Of a DNA stretch of 64,000 nucleotides, positions 14,038 through 23,049 are shown one piece after another. The position numbers were made by a program, and so were the translations under genes. The DNA lies in the NCBI GenBank assembly GCA_903848955.1, contig CAINHS010000122.1, forward strand, positions 647 through 64,646. The letters run 5' to 3'. Source of the stretch: an uncultured beta proteobacterium (GTDB lineage: Bacteria > Pseudomonadota > Gammaproteobacteria > Burkholderiales > Rhodocyclaceae). How positions within the stretch are numbered: position 1 is the stretch's first letter; every line of letters begins with the position of its first letter. Under the pieces are notes generated by a model, which was not told the DNA's origin, searched no databases, and saw nothing but the letters and a program-made list of their open reading frames with translations.

Positions 14038-17000
14038 CTAAGCCGCTTGCCGGACAGCATCGATGAGCGCGGTCAATCCGGCGCACAGGACGGCGCAAAG
14101 GCTGTCGATCTCGTCCGCTCCGGGACTGACGCGAAGCGCCGCATCGAGGGCCGTTGCAGCAGCGGCTACCGGCCCGGCACCGATGGTGCCGGCCGAACCC
14201 TTGAGCGCATGGGCCAGTTGCTTGAGGGTGACGAGATCATTCGCCGACCGTGCCGCGGCGATGCGTGCAATGTCCCCGTCATGGCTGTCGACGAACAGCG
14301 TCAGCACGCGCGCGTACTTGACCGGATTGCCGCGTACCAGCGCCAGCCCGCGCTCGATGTCCAGCCCCGGGATGGCCGCCAGCCGGCGCATGGTGCGGGC
14401 CGGGTCCGGCGCCGCGGCGGCGGCAGGCGCCGCCTGTGATTCCGGCTCCGCCTGGGCAAACATGTCGCGCTGCGATGCCGGTGAGTTCTGCGGCAGCCAC
14501 TTCAGCAGCGCCGCATACAGCGCGGCGGGATTCACCGGCTTGGCGACGAAGTCGTTCATGCCCGCTTCGGCACAGGCGCGGCGGTCGTCGTCAAAGGCAT
14601 TCGCGGTCATGGCCAGGATAGGCGTGGTCTTGCGCTGCGGCAGGGCGCGGATGGCACGGGTGGCTTCGAGGCCGTCCATATGCGGCATCTGTATGTCCAT
14701 CAGGATCAGGTCGTAGGCCAGGGCGCGGACCTTGTCCAGGGCTTCACGGCCGTCGTGGGCTATATCGACAGCGAGACCTGCCCCGTGCAACAGGTCGAGC
14801 GCGACCTCGCGGTTGATGGCGTTGTCCTCGGCCAGCAGCAGCCGGGCGCCGCCGTGGTGGCGGCGCAGTTCGTCCTCGGCATCCCCCGACTCGGCTTTGA
14901 TGGTGACCGGCATGCTGCCGCGGCCGCGCCCGAGCCGGGCGGTGAACCAGAAGGTACTGCCTTTGCCCGGCGTGCTGTCGGCGCCGACCTTGCCCCCCAT
15001 CAGTTCCGCCAGGCGCCGGTTGATGACCAGGCCGAGGCCGGTGCCGCCGTATTTGCGGGTGGTCGAACTGTCTGCCTGTTCGAAGGCATGGAACAGGCTG
15101 TGGATCTTGTCCGGGGCAATGCCGATGCCCGTGTCCGTTACCTCGAAGCGCACCAGAACGCCGTTGTCGCCTTCCTCCAGAAGACGGGCGCGCAGCGCGA
15201 CGGAACCCTGTTCGGTGAACTTGATCGCATTGCTCAGGTAGTTGAACAGCGCCTGGCGCAAGCGGGTGGGGTCGCCCCGCAGCCACGGCGGGGCGTCGGC
15301 GGCATCGACCCCGATCACCAGTCCCTTGGCCCGCACCTGCTCTGCGGTGAGCGAGCGAACCTGGTCGAAAATCGCCGCCAGGGAGAAGTCGGTGTCTTCC
15401 AGCACCAGCTTGCCGGCCTCGATCTTGGAGACATCGAGGATGTCGTTGATGATGGACAGCAGGTGATTCGCCGCGCTGTCGACCTTGCCCAGCCGGTCGG
15501 CCTGTTCGGCAGTGGGCTCGGCGTGGCGCAGCAGATGCGTGAGGCCGATGATGGCGTTCATAGGCGTTCGAATTTCATGGCTCATGTTGGCCAGAAACAC
15601 GCTCTTGGCCGTGTTTGCGGCTTCGGCGGCTTGCTTGGCCTGCTCCAGCTGGAGCGTGCGCGAGGCGACCAGTTCTTCGAGGTGAAGGTGGTACTTTTCC
15701 AGTTCCGCCTCGACCCGCTCTTGCTCGGTGATATCCATGTGTGTGCCGGTAAAGCGCACCGCCCGCCCGCTGGCATCCCTCACGGCGCTGCCCCTGCTCA
15801 GAATCGACCGCCATGAGCCATCCTTGTGGCGCAGCCGCAGGATGACGCTGAACTCATGATCCGGGCGCTTGAAATGGCGGTCCATTTCCTTGAGGAACAT
15901 TTCCCGGTCCTGCGGGTTGGTGATCGCATCCCAGGCTTCGCGGACCGCCGGCAATTCCGCCGGGGTGTAGCCGAGCATCTGTGCCATTCGCGCCGACTGA
16001 TACAGTTCGCCGCTGACCAGGTTCAGATCCCAGACGCCCTCTTCCGTGCCTTCGACCGCGAGCTTGAAGCGCTCTTCGCTTTGCCGCAGAGCCGCCTCCC
16101 TTTGACCGAGGATGTCCAGCAGCCGGTTGAAGCCGCCGATCAGCTCGCCGACTTCGTCATGACGGGTTATCTGCAAGGCTTGCGGACGCTGGTCTGTTGC
16201 CGACAACAATGCCATCGTCCTGGCGGCGTCAAGCACAGGCAGGAGCTGGCGCCGCAACATCCACCAGGTCAGCAATCCCGCCAGCAGGGTCAGCAGCACC
16301 GCGGCGCCCAGCATGCGCTGCTGCATGACGCGGATCGGAGCGAAGGCTTCCGCGGCCGGCAGTGTCGCCGCCACGTACCAGCCGGCCAGGGGAATTCCCG
16401 CGGCCGAGACCAGCGCATCGGCGCCGGATGGATTGGTGTGAATGGCGGAGCCCTCGTAGCCCTGGATGTAGCGGTCGATTCCGGGGTTGATGCCGGGCGC
16501 GGGCAGGGTTTCCATGACGCGGCTGCGGTCGGTGGCGGTGATGATCAGCCGCTGCGCGGGAGCGATCAGCAGATAGCCACCGGTCTTGCCGTAAGTGTTT
16601 CCGGAAATCTTGTCGAGAAAGGAGGGTCTGCTCAGGTCGGTGATCCCCACCAGGGCACCCGCCACTTTGCCGCTGGCATCGCGAATCGGCGTGGCCATGC
16701 CGAACACGGGCGCCTTCAGCTGCTGACCCGTTTCCAGGGTGCTGATCGTGGTTTTTCCTTCCGCCAGCGCGGCAGCGACGTGATTCTTCGTCATGTAATT
16801 GACCCCCAGCCGGCCGGCCGAGAGCGGAGTTGAGGCGATCGTGGTGCCGTCAGGCCCTGTAATGAAGGCGCCGCCGTTGAAGGAACTTTGAATGATCAGG
16901 CGCTGTTCGAGGAATGCCTGCAGTGCCGCGGCGTTGCCCTGCAGCTCCGGGCCGGCTCGTGCGGAAACCGCCTCCAGCGCCTTGACGCGATCCTTCAGCT

Positions 17001-17190
17001 CGCTATTTATTTCCGCAGCGATCAGGGAAGCCATCGAGAACTGCTGTTCGCCCAGCAGTTGCTGCATGTCCTCGCGCAGCGCGCGCACCGAAAAAAACGT
17101 CAGCGCCGCGATGCTGGCCACGAAAATGGCCAGGGTGAACAAGGTCACTCGTGTCTTCAGTGACTGCCACTGGAACAGGTTTCCTTTCAT
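14038..17190 (-). CDS. Hybrid sensor histidine kinase (dCache-like, HAMP, PAS, HisKA, HATPase, REC, Hpt)
   Basis: Two TM segments, HAMP-like [54 protein letters not shown]. Confidence 0.92.
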   Translation of the reverse strand: MKGNLFQWQSLKTRVTLFTLAIFVASIAALTFFSVRALREDMQQLLGEQQFSMASLIAAEINSELKDRVKALEAVSARAGPELQGNAAALQAFLEQRLIIQSSFNGGAFITGPDGTTIASTPLSAGRLGVNYMTKNHVAAALAEGKTTISTLETGQQLKAPVFGMATPIRDASGKVAGALVGITDLSRPSFLDKISGNTYGKTGGYLLIAPAQRLIITATDRSRVMETLPAPGINPGIDRYIQGYEGSAIHTNPSGADALVSAAGIPLAGWYVAATLPAAEAFAPIRVMQQRMLGAAVLLTLLAGLLTWWMLRRQLLPVLDAARTMALLSATDQRPQALQITRHDEVGELIGGFNRLLDILGQREAALRQSEERFKLAVEGTEEGVWDLNLVSGELYQSARMAQMLGYTPAELPAVREAWDAITNPQDREMFLKEMDRHFKRPDHEFSVILRLRHKDGSWRSILSRGSAVRDASGRAVRFTGTHMDITEQERVEAELEKYHLHLEELVASRTLQLEQAKQAAEAANTAKSVFLANMSHEIRTPMNAIIGLTHLLRHAEPTAEQADRLGKVDSAANHLLSIINDILDVSKIEAGKLVLEDTDFSLAAIFDQVRSLTAEQVRAKGLVIGVDAADAPPWLRGDPTRLRQALFNYLSNAIKFTEQGSVALRARLLEEGDNGVLVRFEVTDTGIGIAPDKIHSLFHAFEQADSSTTRKYGGTGLGLVINRRLAELMGGKVGADSTPGKGSTFWFTARLGRGRGSMPVTIKAESGDAEDELRRHHGGARLLLAEDNAINREVALDLLHGAGLAVDIAHDGREALDKVRALAYDLILMDIQMPHMDGLEATRAIRALPQRKTTPILAMTANAFDDDRRACAEAGMNDFVAKPVNPAALYAALLKWLPQNSPASQRDMFAQAEPESQAAPAAAAAPDPARTMRRLAAIPGLDIERGLALVRGNPVKYARVLTLFVDSHDGDIARIAAARSANDLVTLKQLAHALKGSAGTIGAGPVAAAATALDAALRVSPGADEIDSLCAVLCAGLTALIDAVRQAA

Positions 17191-17198
17191 GCCGGTCG

Positions 17199-17600
17199 TC
17201 AGTCTGTAAGTGCCGGCACCTCGCGCTTGCTGCCGTCCTCGTTGAGCGCGACGAAGGTCAGCTGAGCCTCGGTGACCTTGACCACCACCGGCTGCGCCGG
17301 GTTGCGTTCGGCATAAACCTGGACATCGATGTTGATCGAGCTGCGGCCGACGTGGGTGATTTCGGCATAGAAACTCACCACGTCGCCGACCGATATCGGC
17401 TGCTTGAACAGGAAGGACTTCACCGCGACAGTGGCGACGCGCCCGCGCGCGCGGCGCATGGCGGGAATCGCCGCGGCGATATCGACCTGGGCCATGACCC
17501 AGCCGCCGAACACGTCGCCGGTGGCATTGACGTCCGAGGGCATGGGCATTACCCGCAACACCGGCTCGCGGCCCGGCATGGTTACGCCTTTGTGGGGCAT
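17199..17600 (-). CDS. Acyl-CoA thioesterase (hotdog fold, YciA-like)
   Basis: [24 protein letters not shown] and VGRSSI motifs. Confidence 0.9.
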   Translation of the reverse strand: MPHKGVTMPGREPVLRVMPMPSDVNATGDVFGGWVMAQVDIAAAIPAMRRARGRVATVAVKSFLFKQPISVGDVVSFYAEITHVGRSSINIDVQVYAERNPAQPVVVKVTEAQLTFVALNEDGSKREVPALTD

Positions 17601-17714
17601 CAGTGTTCTCCGCTCTTCAGATGGTTCATGGGATTGCCAGTATACGGCGCAAAGCCTGCAGGGCGCGGCGGCAATCAGCAGGCAACCCGCTCACGACAGT
17701 TTCGTTACGCCCCC

Positions 17715-18386
17715 TCAGGCCGCCCGCTTTGTACGCGCTTTGCGGACCGGTTTGCTATTCACTTCAGGCAGCGGCGCGCGCAGCCCGCCGATCAGGAAAC
17801 TCATCAGACGGGCGTAGAGCGCATCCGGATTGCTGTCGTCGATCGGGCCGAGGATGCTCAGCGCATCGGCACCGGAAACGGCATAGGACAAGGCGCCCAT
17901 CATGAAATGGAAGCGCCAGAGGAATTCCTCCTGCGGCACATCGGGCAGCGCCTTGAAAAAAGCCGCCTTGTAGCGGGCGATTACCGCCGCATACTCTTCG
18001 GCGAGAAAGCTGCGGACGAACTCTGTCGGCTCGGTATAGGCGCGGCCCAGCAGGCGCATGAAGGTCTGGCCGCCGTTCTTGTCCGCAGCCATGCGAATTG
18101 CCACGCCGAAGAAGGACTCGACGATCTGTCGCGGCTTCAGCGGCGCGCCTTTGGCTTCGACTTCCAGCGCGTCAAGCGCGGCAATCCGCTGCTCGTTGAG
18201 CCAGGTCAGGCGGCGCCGGAAAACGGCTTCGATCAGCGCTTCCTTCGAGCCGAAGTGGTAGTTCGCCGCGGCAAGATTGGCCTGCGCCGCAGCCGTGATC
18301 ATGCGCAGCGTGGTGGCGTCGAGACCGTGTTGCACCAACAGGCTTTCGGCGGCGTCGAGAATGCGGGAGCGGGTATCGGGTTCCAT
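17715..18386 (-). CDS. TetR-family regulator, PsrA-like
   Basis: HTH TRSRILDAAESL...ANLAAANYHFGSKEALI and C-terminal LMSFLIGGLRAP. The start is chosen at ATG 18386 (alternative 18407). Confidence 0.85.
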   Translation of the reverse strand: MEPDTRSRILDAAESLLVQHGLDATTLRMITAAAQANLAAANYHFGSKEALIEAVFRRRLTWLNEQRIAALDALEVEAKGAPLKPRQIVESFFGVAIRMAADKNGGQTFMRLLGRAYTEPTEFVRSFLAEEYAAVIARYKAAFFKALPDVPQEEFLWRFHFMMGALSYAVSGADALSILGPIDDSNPDALYARLMSFLIGGLRAPLPEVNSKPVRKARTKRAA

Positions 18387-18416
18387 GGCTGGCCTGGCCT
18401 CGGACAAACAACATTG

Positions 18417-18432
18417 TCAAACAGCTGTTTGA
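18417..18432. promoter_or_regulatory. Perfect 16-bp palindrome TCAAACAGCTGTTTGA; candidate PsrA-type autoregulatory operator
   Basis: Lies 31-46 nt upstream of the TetR ATG and fits the CAAAC-N4-GTTTG pattern known for Pseudomonas PsrA. Confidence 0.7.
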
Positions 18433-18495
18433 AGTCTGCGCAATGCCGCCGCCAATGTCAATTCCGCCCGGATGCGCCGGCCGCGGCGGCGCGGT

Positions 18496-18987
18496 TCAGA
18501 CCCGGGAACGGCCGCCTGTGGCCGGCTTGCGCCACTGACCCGGGCGCGGCTTGCCGGCCACGGCAGTCTTGGGCTTGGGCACCAGCATGTTTCTGCCGGG
18601 GCCTTTCAGAAAGCTGCGGTGCGCCAGGATCGCGGCAGTGAGCTGTTCCGTGCTGAGCGTGATGGTCGCGGCCGCGCCCTTCGGCGCATGGCCGGCGAGC
18701 TTTTCCTTGACGGCCGACAGGCGCTCTGCCGCTTCACTTTTCTTGCGCGGCAGACCGGCCATGATCTCGAGCGCGTCGGGCGTCAGCCGGAAGCCGCCGT
18801 CATCGTTGCTGATCAAGCCGTGACTGGAGAGCCGGAGAAATGCTTCAGCCAGGTCCACGTCCAGGGGGATCGAGCCGTGGATCAGGTCGGCTGCAGCCAT
18901 CACTTCTGCAAGTTGCGCCGGTCGTCGCTTTGAAGCCAGCGCCATGGCCAACAGGAGAAGTGCATCCACATCGCGGATCAGGTGCAT
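18496..18987 (-). CDS. Hypothetical protein (possible winged-helix fold)
   Basis: Coherent ORF MHLIRDVDALLLLAMALASKRRPA...HGLI...GFRLTP with a basic C-terminal tail. Start placed at ATG 18987. Confidence 0.6.
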   Translation of the reverse strand: MHLIRDVDALLLLAMALASKRRPAQLAEVMAAADLIHGSIPLDVDLAEAFLRLSSHGLISNDDGGFRLTPDALEIMAGLPRKKSEAAERLSAVKEKLAGHAPKGAAATITLSTEQLTAAILAHRSFLKGPGRNMLVPKPKTAVAGKPRPGQWRKPATGGRSRV

Positions 18988-19357
18988 GGAATGGCCTTTG
19001 AATAGGGCGAAGCAGGAGCCGGCGGAACGGGAAGGGCAGGCGCGCAGCGCCTGGTCGGTGCAAACACCGGCCGGCGGCCGGGCAAGCACTGGCGAGGACG
19101 CGAGTGTAACGGTTTGCGGCACAAACCGCGGCCAGCCTTGTCCCATGGCGGCCAGGCGAAATACTAGGCACTGCGCTGCCGGCTTAAGCCGTTGAGTTTG
19201 CGGCCTTTAGGATCGGCCGGGGCGTGTCGCTGCATATTGCTTTTGTACTTGCGGCCAGACTGGCAGAGTCGCCTTGTCTTGGGAGATGCCGCCTCGACAA
19301 GGCGTAAGCACCTGATGCGTTTGCTGATTCAAAGGCTGGTGGAGTTTTCTTGCGGCG

Positions 19358-19373
19358 TGGCGCGGTTGATGCT
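19358..19373 (+). promoter_or_regulatory. Candidate sigma54 (-24/-12) promoter
   Basis: TGGCGCGGTTGATGCT has GG-N10-GC spacing and lies upstream of the receiver-domain gene pair. Confidence 0.4.
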
Positions 19374-19421
19374 TGAGAAAGCGTGCAAGCAGACATGAGA
19401 TACGAAGCAGAGCCCGCCACC

Positions 19422-19859
19422 ATGAACCCCAACCCCGGAATGCCAGTCGTCGACGATGTCGAAACCGTGCTAGAGTGCTGCCGGATGGTGTTCGCCAGTG
19501 CAAATTTCACGGTGCAAGCCGCTAAAACCGGCCATGAAGCACTCGATATGCTCGCCCATCAGGCTTTTGATGTCGTTTTTACGGAGTATCTGATGCCCGG
19601 CAGTGATGGACCCGCAGTGCTTCGCGCAATAAAGAATTCCTGGCCAGACACCGCAGTCGTGGTCATCGCCGGAGCAGCCTCGGTGGCACCCGCCAAGCAA
19701 GCAATCCCGCCCGGTGCGTCCGACTGCCTCGCCAAACCAGTTGCAGCTGACGAAGTTATCAAGGCGGCGGCACGTGCTGCCATTCAAGAGAAATGGACCC
19801 TGCGCCGGATTCCCGGTCGAGACCCGGCACAGTCCACCCACGAAGGAGAATCATCATGA
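19422..19859 (+). CDS. Atypical single-domain receiver protein (phosphoacceptor Asp->Glu)
   Basis: VVDD, FDVVFTEYLMPGSDG, LAKPV. Start uncertain (19395 or 19422). The stop overlaps the next ATG (ATGA 19856-19859). Confidence 0.7.
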   Translation: MNPNPGMPVVDDVETVLECCRMVFASANFTVQAAKTGHEALDMLAHQAFDVVFTEYLMPGSDGPAVLRAIKNSWPDTAVVVIAGAASVAPAKQAIPPGASDCLAKPVAADEVIKAAARAAIQEKWTLRRIPGRDPAQSTHEGESS

Positions 19860-20605
19860 GCAAGGCGCGCAAAATCCTCATCGTCGATGGCAACGCTTTC
19901 GAAAGAAAGGGCTTTGAACAAGTTTTGTCCGGCAAAGGCTATGCCGTCACCGCGGCATCGAACGGCGAAGACGCACTCTGGCAGTTGGCCAATGGCACCT
20001 ACGACGCGGTGTTCGCAGAACTGGCCATGCGCGGCATGAGCGGTCTTGAACTGGCCGAGCAGATTCATGCCAGCCAGCCCGGGCTGCCGGTTGCCATCAT
20101 CACCGCGGACGGCGCTGAAGCCGCCGGCAAAGGCGCCGCTGCCGCCGGCGTCGTGGAATTCCTGAAAAAGCCCGTGTCGCCCGAACAACTCGCGGATGCC
20201 GCTGCCCGTTTGCTGCCCGCCACGGAAGCCAGCGCTGCCTTGCAGGCGCAAACGCCGGAGGTGGAAAATTCGCCGGCGCAGACGCTGAGCAAGTCGGTAT
20301 TGCGCGTGAAGAACGTCGTGTTGTTCTTTCTGGCGCCCTTCGTCGGTCTGGCCTACCTTCTCGCCTTTCCCGTCTTTGCGCTGGGCATGGGCCTGTGGAT
20401 GGCGCTGCAGCAATCCGAAGAAGCCGAGCCGCAGCAACAGGCGCCGGGCAAGCGCAGCATGCTGCGAACCATTGCAATGATTCCCGCCGCGGTTTTGATT
20501 GGAGTTGCTTTCGCCGTCATCGGTCCGATACTGGGGATCGGAGTGCTGGTCTGGTTTGGTGTGCAGGCGTGGGCCAAGGTCGGGGCCAAGGCGATGGAAG
20601 CCTAG
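19856..20605 (+). CDS. Membrane-anchored atypical receiver protein (Asp->Glu) with duplicated C-terminal hydrophobic motif
   Basis: RBS GAAGGAG then MSKARKILIVDG...YDAVFAELAMRGMSG...FLKKPV, followed by two long hydrophobic segments. Confidence 0.8.
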   Translation: MSKARKILIVDGNAFERKGFEQVLSGKGYAVTAASNGEDALWQLANGTYDAVFAELAMRGMSGLELAEQIHASQPGLPVAIITADGAEAAGKGAAAAGVVEFLKKPVSPEQLADAAARLLPATEASAALQAQTPEVENSPAQTLSKSVLRVKNVVLFFLAPFVGLAYLLAFPVFALGMGLWMALQQSEEAEPQQQAPGKRSMLRTIAMIPAAVLIGVAFAVIGPILGIGVLVWFGVQAWAKVGAKAMEA

Positions 20606-20695
20606 CCGGGCAAGCGTTGCTTGCTGTCGCAAACAGAGGATGAATCAGGCTGAGGTGCTGCCACGACAACGGTGTCCTTCACTTCGCGATGCGAG

Positions 20696-20736
20696 TTGAT
20701 GTACGTCAAATCGAGAGCAGTATGTTCCTTTACTAT
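20696..20736 (+). promoter_or_regulatory. FNR/CRP-family class II promoter
   Basis: TTGAT-GTAC-GTCAA at 20696-20709 (one mismatch to TTGAT-N4-ATCAA) and a -10-like TACTAT at 20731-20736, which places the box near -41. Confidence 0.65.
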
Positions 20737-20847
20737 CCTCGGCAAAATGAATGGGTTTCGCCTCCGCTGGCGAATTTTTTGATAGACCGGGTTTTCCCCG
20801 TTCGAGACAGGACGGGGATTTCCTTTATTTTACGGGGAACGAACACC

Positions 20848-22848
20848 ATGCGTTTTTCAAGACTCGCCGCGTGGGTTGTGGCAACCACGGTTTGCCTAGC
20901 CGGCAACCTGATCGCCGGCTCAGCCGCAGCTGCCGACGACAAGGCCGCAACGCAGGCCGCAGCGCCTGTTTCGCACAAGCTCGACAACGCGAGTTGCGAA
21001 AGCTGCCACGACGGCAGGAAAGGCAAGCTGGAGGTGCCCGGCTCTCACGGTGAGAAGCGCGCCCTGTACGAAGTCAAGCAGGACAAGTATGCCAAGAGCG
21101 TGCATTCGAGAATGCAATGTATCGCCTGCCACAAGGAAATCACGGACGCTGTCGCACCGCACCAGAAGGCACCCGATGCCAAGAAAGTCGACTGCGCACA
21201 GTGCCACCTCGATTTGTGGGAAGCCGCCAAGCAGAAAGACAAGACCCAGGAAAAACTCCGCCTCGGCATAGTGGTCGAGAATGTCGCGGCCTACAACAAG
21301 TCTTTCCACGCCAAGGTGAACAAGGATGATCCGGGCAAGGTCAATGCGACCTGCAACGATTGCCATAACGTCCACAGCTTCAATGTGCCGCCGCGCGGCA
21401 CCGTCGAGCGCAAGGAATGGCACCTCACCGTGCCGCACGTATGCGGCGACAAATGCCATACCGACGAACTGGCCGACTGGACCGCATCGGTGCACGGCAA
21501 GGAGGTCACCGAGAAGCACAACGTCAAGTCGGCGGTCTGCTCGGACTGCCACAGTACCCACTCCGTTGCCGATCCGACCAAGGACGCCGGCAAGCTGGCG
21601 ATCACGGCAAACTGCGGCGGCTGCCATGCCGAGAACCTGAAGACCTACACCAAGACCTACCACGGACAGGTGAACACTCTGGGTGCCACCCACACCGCCA
21701 AGTGTTTCGACTGCCATGGCAGCCATTCCATCCAGCCCTCGACGGATCCGAAGTCGAAACTGCATGAGAACAACCGCCTCAAGACCTGCCAGAACTGCCA
21801 CAAGGGCGCTACCAAGGGCTTCACCAAGTTCGAACCCCACGGCACGTCCCACGATTTCGTGCGTTATCCCTTTATCTGGCTCGCGGCGAAGTTCATGCTG
21901 CTGTTCCTCGGCGGCATATTCGCCTTCTTCTGGGCGCATACCGCCCTCTGGTTCTACCGCGAGTACAAGGAACGCCATGAGCGCAAGCCCAGTCCGCACG
22001 TGACCACCGATCAGTTGCTCGAAGGCAAGCTCAAGGACAAGCATTTCCGGCGCTTCCCCTTGATCTGGCGCATCGCCCACCTGACTCTCGCCGTGAGCCT
22101 GATGATGCTGACCCTGACCGGCATGTCGGTGCTGTACGCAGACACGGTCTGGGCGCCCGTCGTGATGGGCCTGCTGGGCGGCCCGAAAGTCGCAGCGGTG
22201 ATTCACCACTTCTTCGCAACGCTGCTGGGAATCGTGGTTGTTCTGCAACTGGTCTATTTCGCGATTCACATCGTCAGCAACCGCAAGACCTTCGACTGGT
22301 TCGGTCCCAACTCTCTGGTTCCGCGTCGTCAGGATCTGTGGGACATTCTGGCGATGGTCAAGTGGTTCTTCGGTCTCGGGCCGCGGCCGGTTTTCGATCG
22401 TTGGACCTACTGGGAGAAGTTTGACTACTGGGCTCCGTTCGCCGCCGTGATCCTCATCGGCGCCACCGGCGTGATGCTGCTGTTCCCCAACGTCACAGCC
22501 GCTTTCCTGCCGGGCTGGGTATTCAACGTGGCGACCATTTTCCATGGCGAGGAAGCGCTGCTGGCGGCACTGTTCGTATTCACGGTGCATTTCTTCAACA
22601 ACCACTACAGACCGGACAAGTTCCCGCTGGATGTCGTGATGTTCACCGGTTCGATGCGCCTGGAACTGTTCAGGAGCGAGCACAGGGCGGAATACAACCG
22701 CCTGGTCGCTTCCGGAGAACTCGAAAAGTATCTGGTCGATGCGCCTTCGCAACCCATGACCTGGGGCGCGAAGATACTCGGCTTCGCCCTGGTCGGATTC
22801 GGCTTGCTGCTGCTGGTTCTGGTGCTGAGCGGAATATTCGGGACGTGA
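20848..22848 (+). CDS. Multiheme cytochrome c fused to a cytochrome b (FdnI/HydC-like) domain, CbcL-like
   Basis: Signal peptide. Eight CXXCH motifs (CESCH, CIACH, CAQCH, CNDCH, CSDCH, CGGCH, CFDCH, CQNCH) plus CGDKCH. Membrane domain with His in RIAH, VIHH, FHGEE and TVHFF, and a WEKFDYW motif. Confidence 0.88.
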   Translation: MRFSRLAAWVVATTVCLAGNLIAGSAAAADDKAATQAAAPVSHKLDNASCESCHDGRKGKLEVPGSHGEKRALYEVKQDKYAKSVHSRMQCIACHKEITDAVAPHQKAPDAKKVDCAQCHLDLWEAAKQKDKTQEKLRLGIVVENVAAYNKSFHAKVNKDDPGKVNATCNDCHNVHSFNVPPRGTVERKEWHLTVPHVCGDKCHTDELADWTASVHGKEVTEKHNVKSAVCSDCHSTHSVADPTKDAGKLAITANCGGCHAENLKTYTKTYHGQVNTLGATHTAKCFDCHGSHSIQPSTDPKSKLHENNRLKTCQNCHKGATKGFTKFEPHGTSHDFVRYPFIWLAAKFMLLFLGGIFAFFWAHTALWFYREYKERHERKPSPHVTTDQLLEGKLKDKHFRRFPLIWRIAHLTLAVSLMMLTLTGMSVLYADTVWAPVVMGLLGGPKVAAVIHHFFATLLGIVVVLQLVYFAIHIVSNRKTFDWFGPNSLVPRRQDLWDILAMVKWFFGLGPRPVFDRWTYWEKFDYWAPFAAVILIGATGVMLLFPNVTAAFLPGWVFNVATIFHGEEALLAALFVFTVHFFNNHYRPDKFPLDVVMFTGSMRLELFRSEHRAEYNRLVASGELEKYLVDAPSQPMTWGAKILGFALVGFGLLLLVLVLSGIFGT

Positions 22849-22896
22849 CCGGTGCGTGACGCGAAGCTTCTGTTCGCGTTTCGATTCTGATGCATC

Positions 22897-22936
22897 AAAC
22901 GGCGCTGGCGGTGATCTTTACCGCCAGCGCCGTTTC
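22897..22936 (+). terminator. Strong hairpin / probable terminator after the cytochrome gene
   Basis: 16-bp perfect stem AAACGGCGCTGGCGGT / ACCGCCAGCGCCGTTT with a 7-nt loop; the U-tract is short. Confidence 0.6.
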
Positions 22937-23049
22937 ATCTGCGGCGTGCGCCGGAGCGAGCCCGGCGCTGCTGCTTGGGATCCGGCCCGTTGCACCCTCC
23001 TGCCGGTTTCACGCCCGGCTGGCAGGATGTGCCCTGCTAGAATTGCCCG

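Noticed and set aside
20689-20847. N-terminal extension of the cytochrome ORF
   Set aside because: It overlaps the FNR promoter; the signal peptide begins at ATG 20848.
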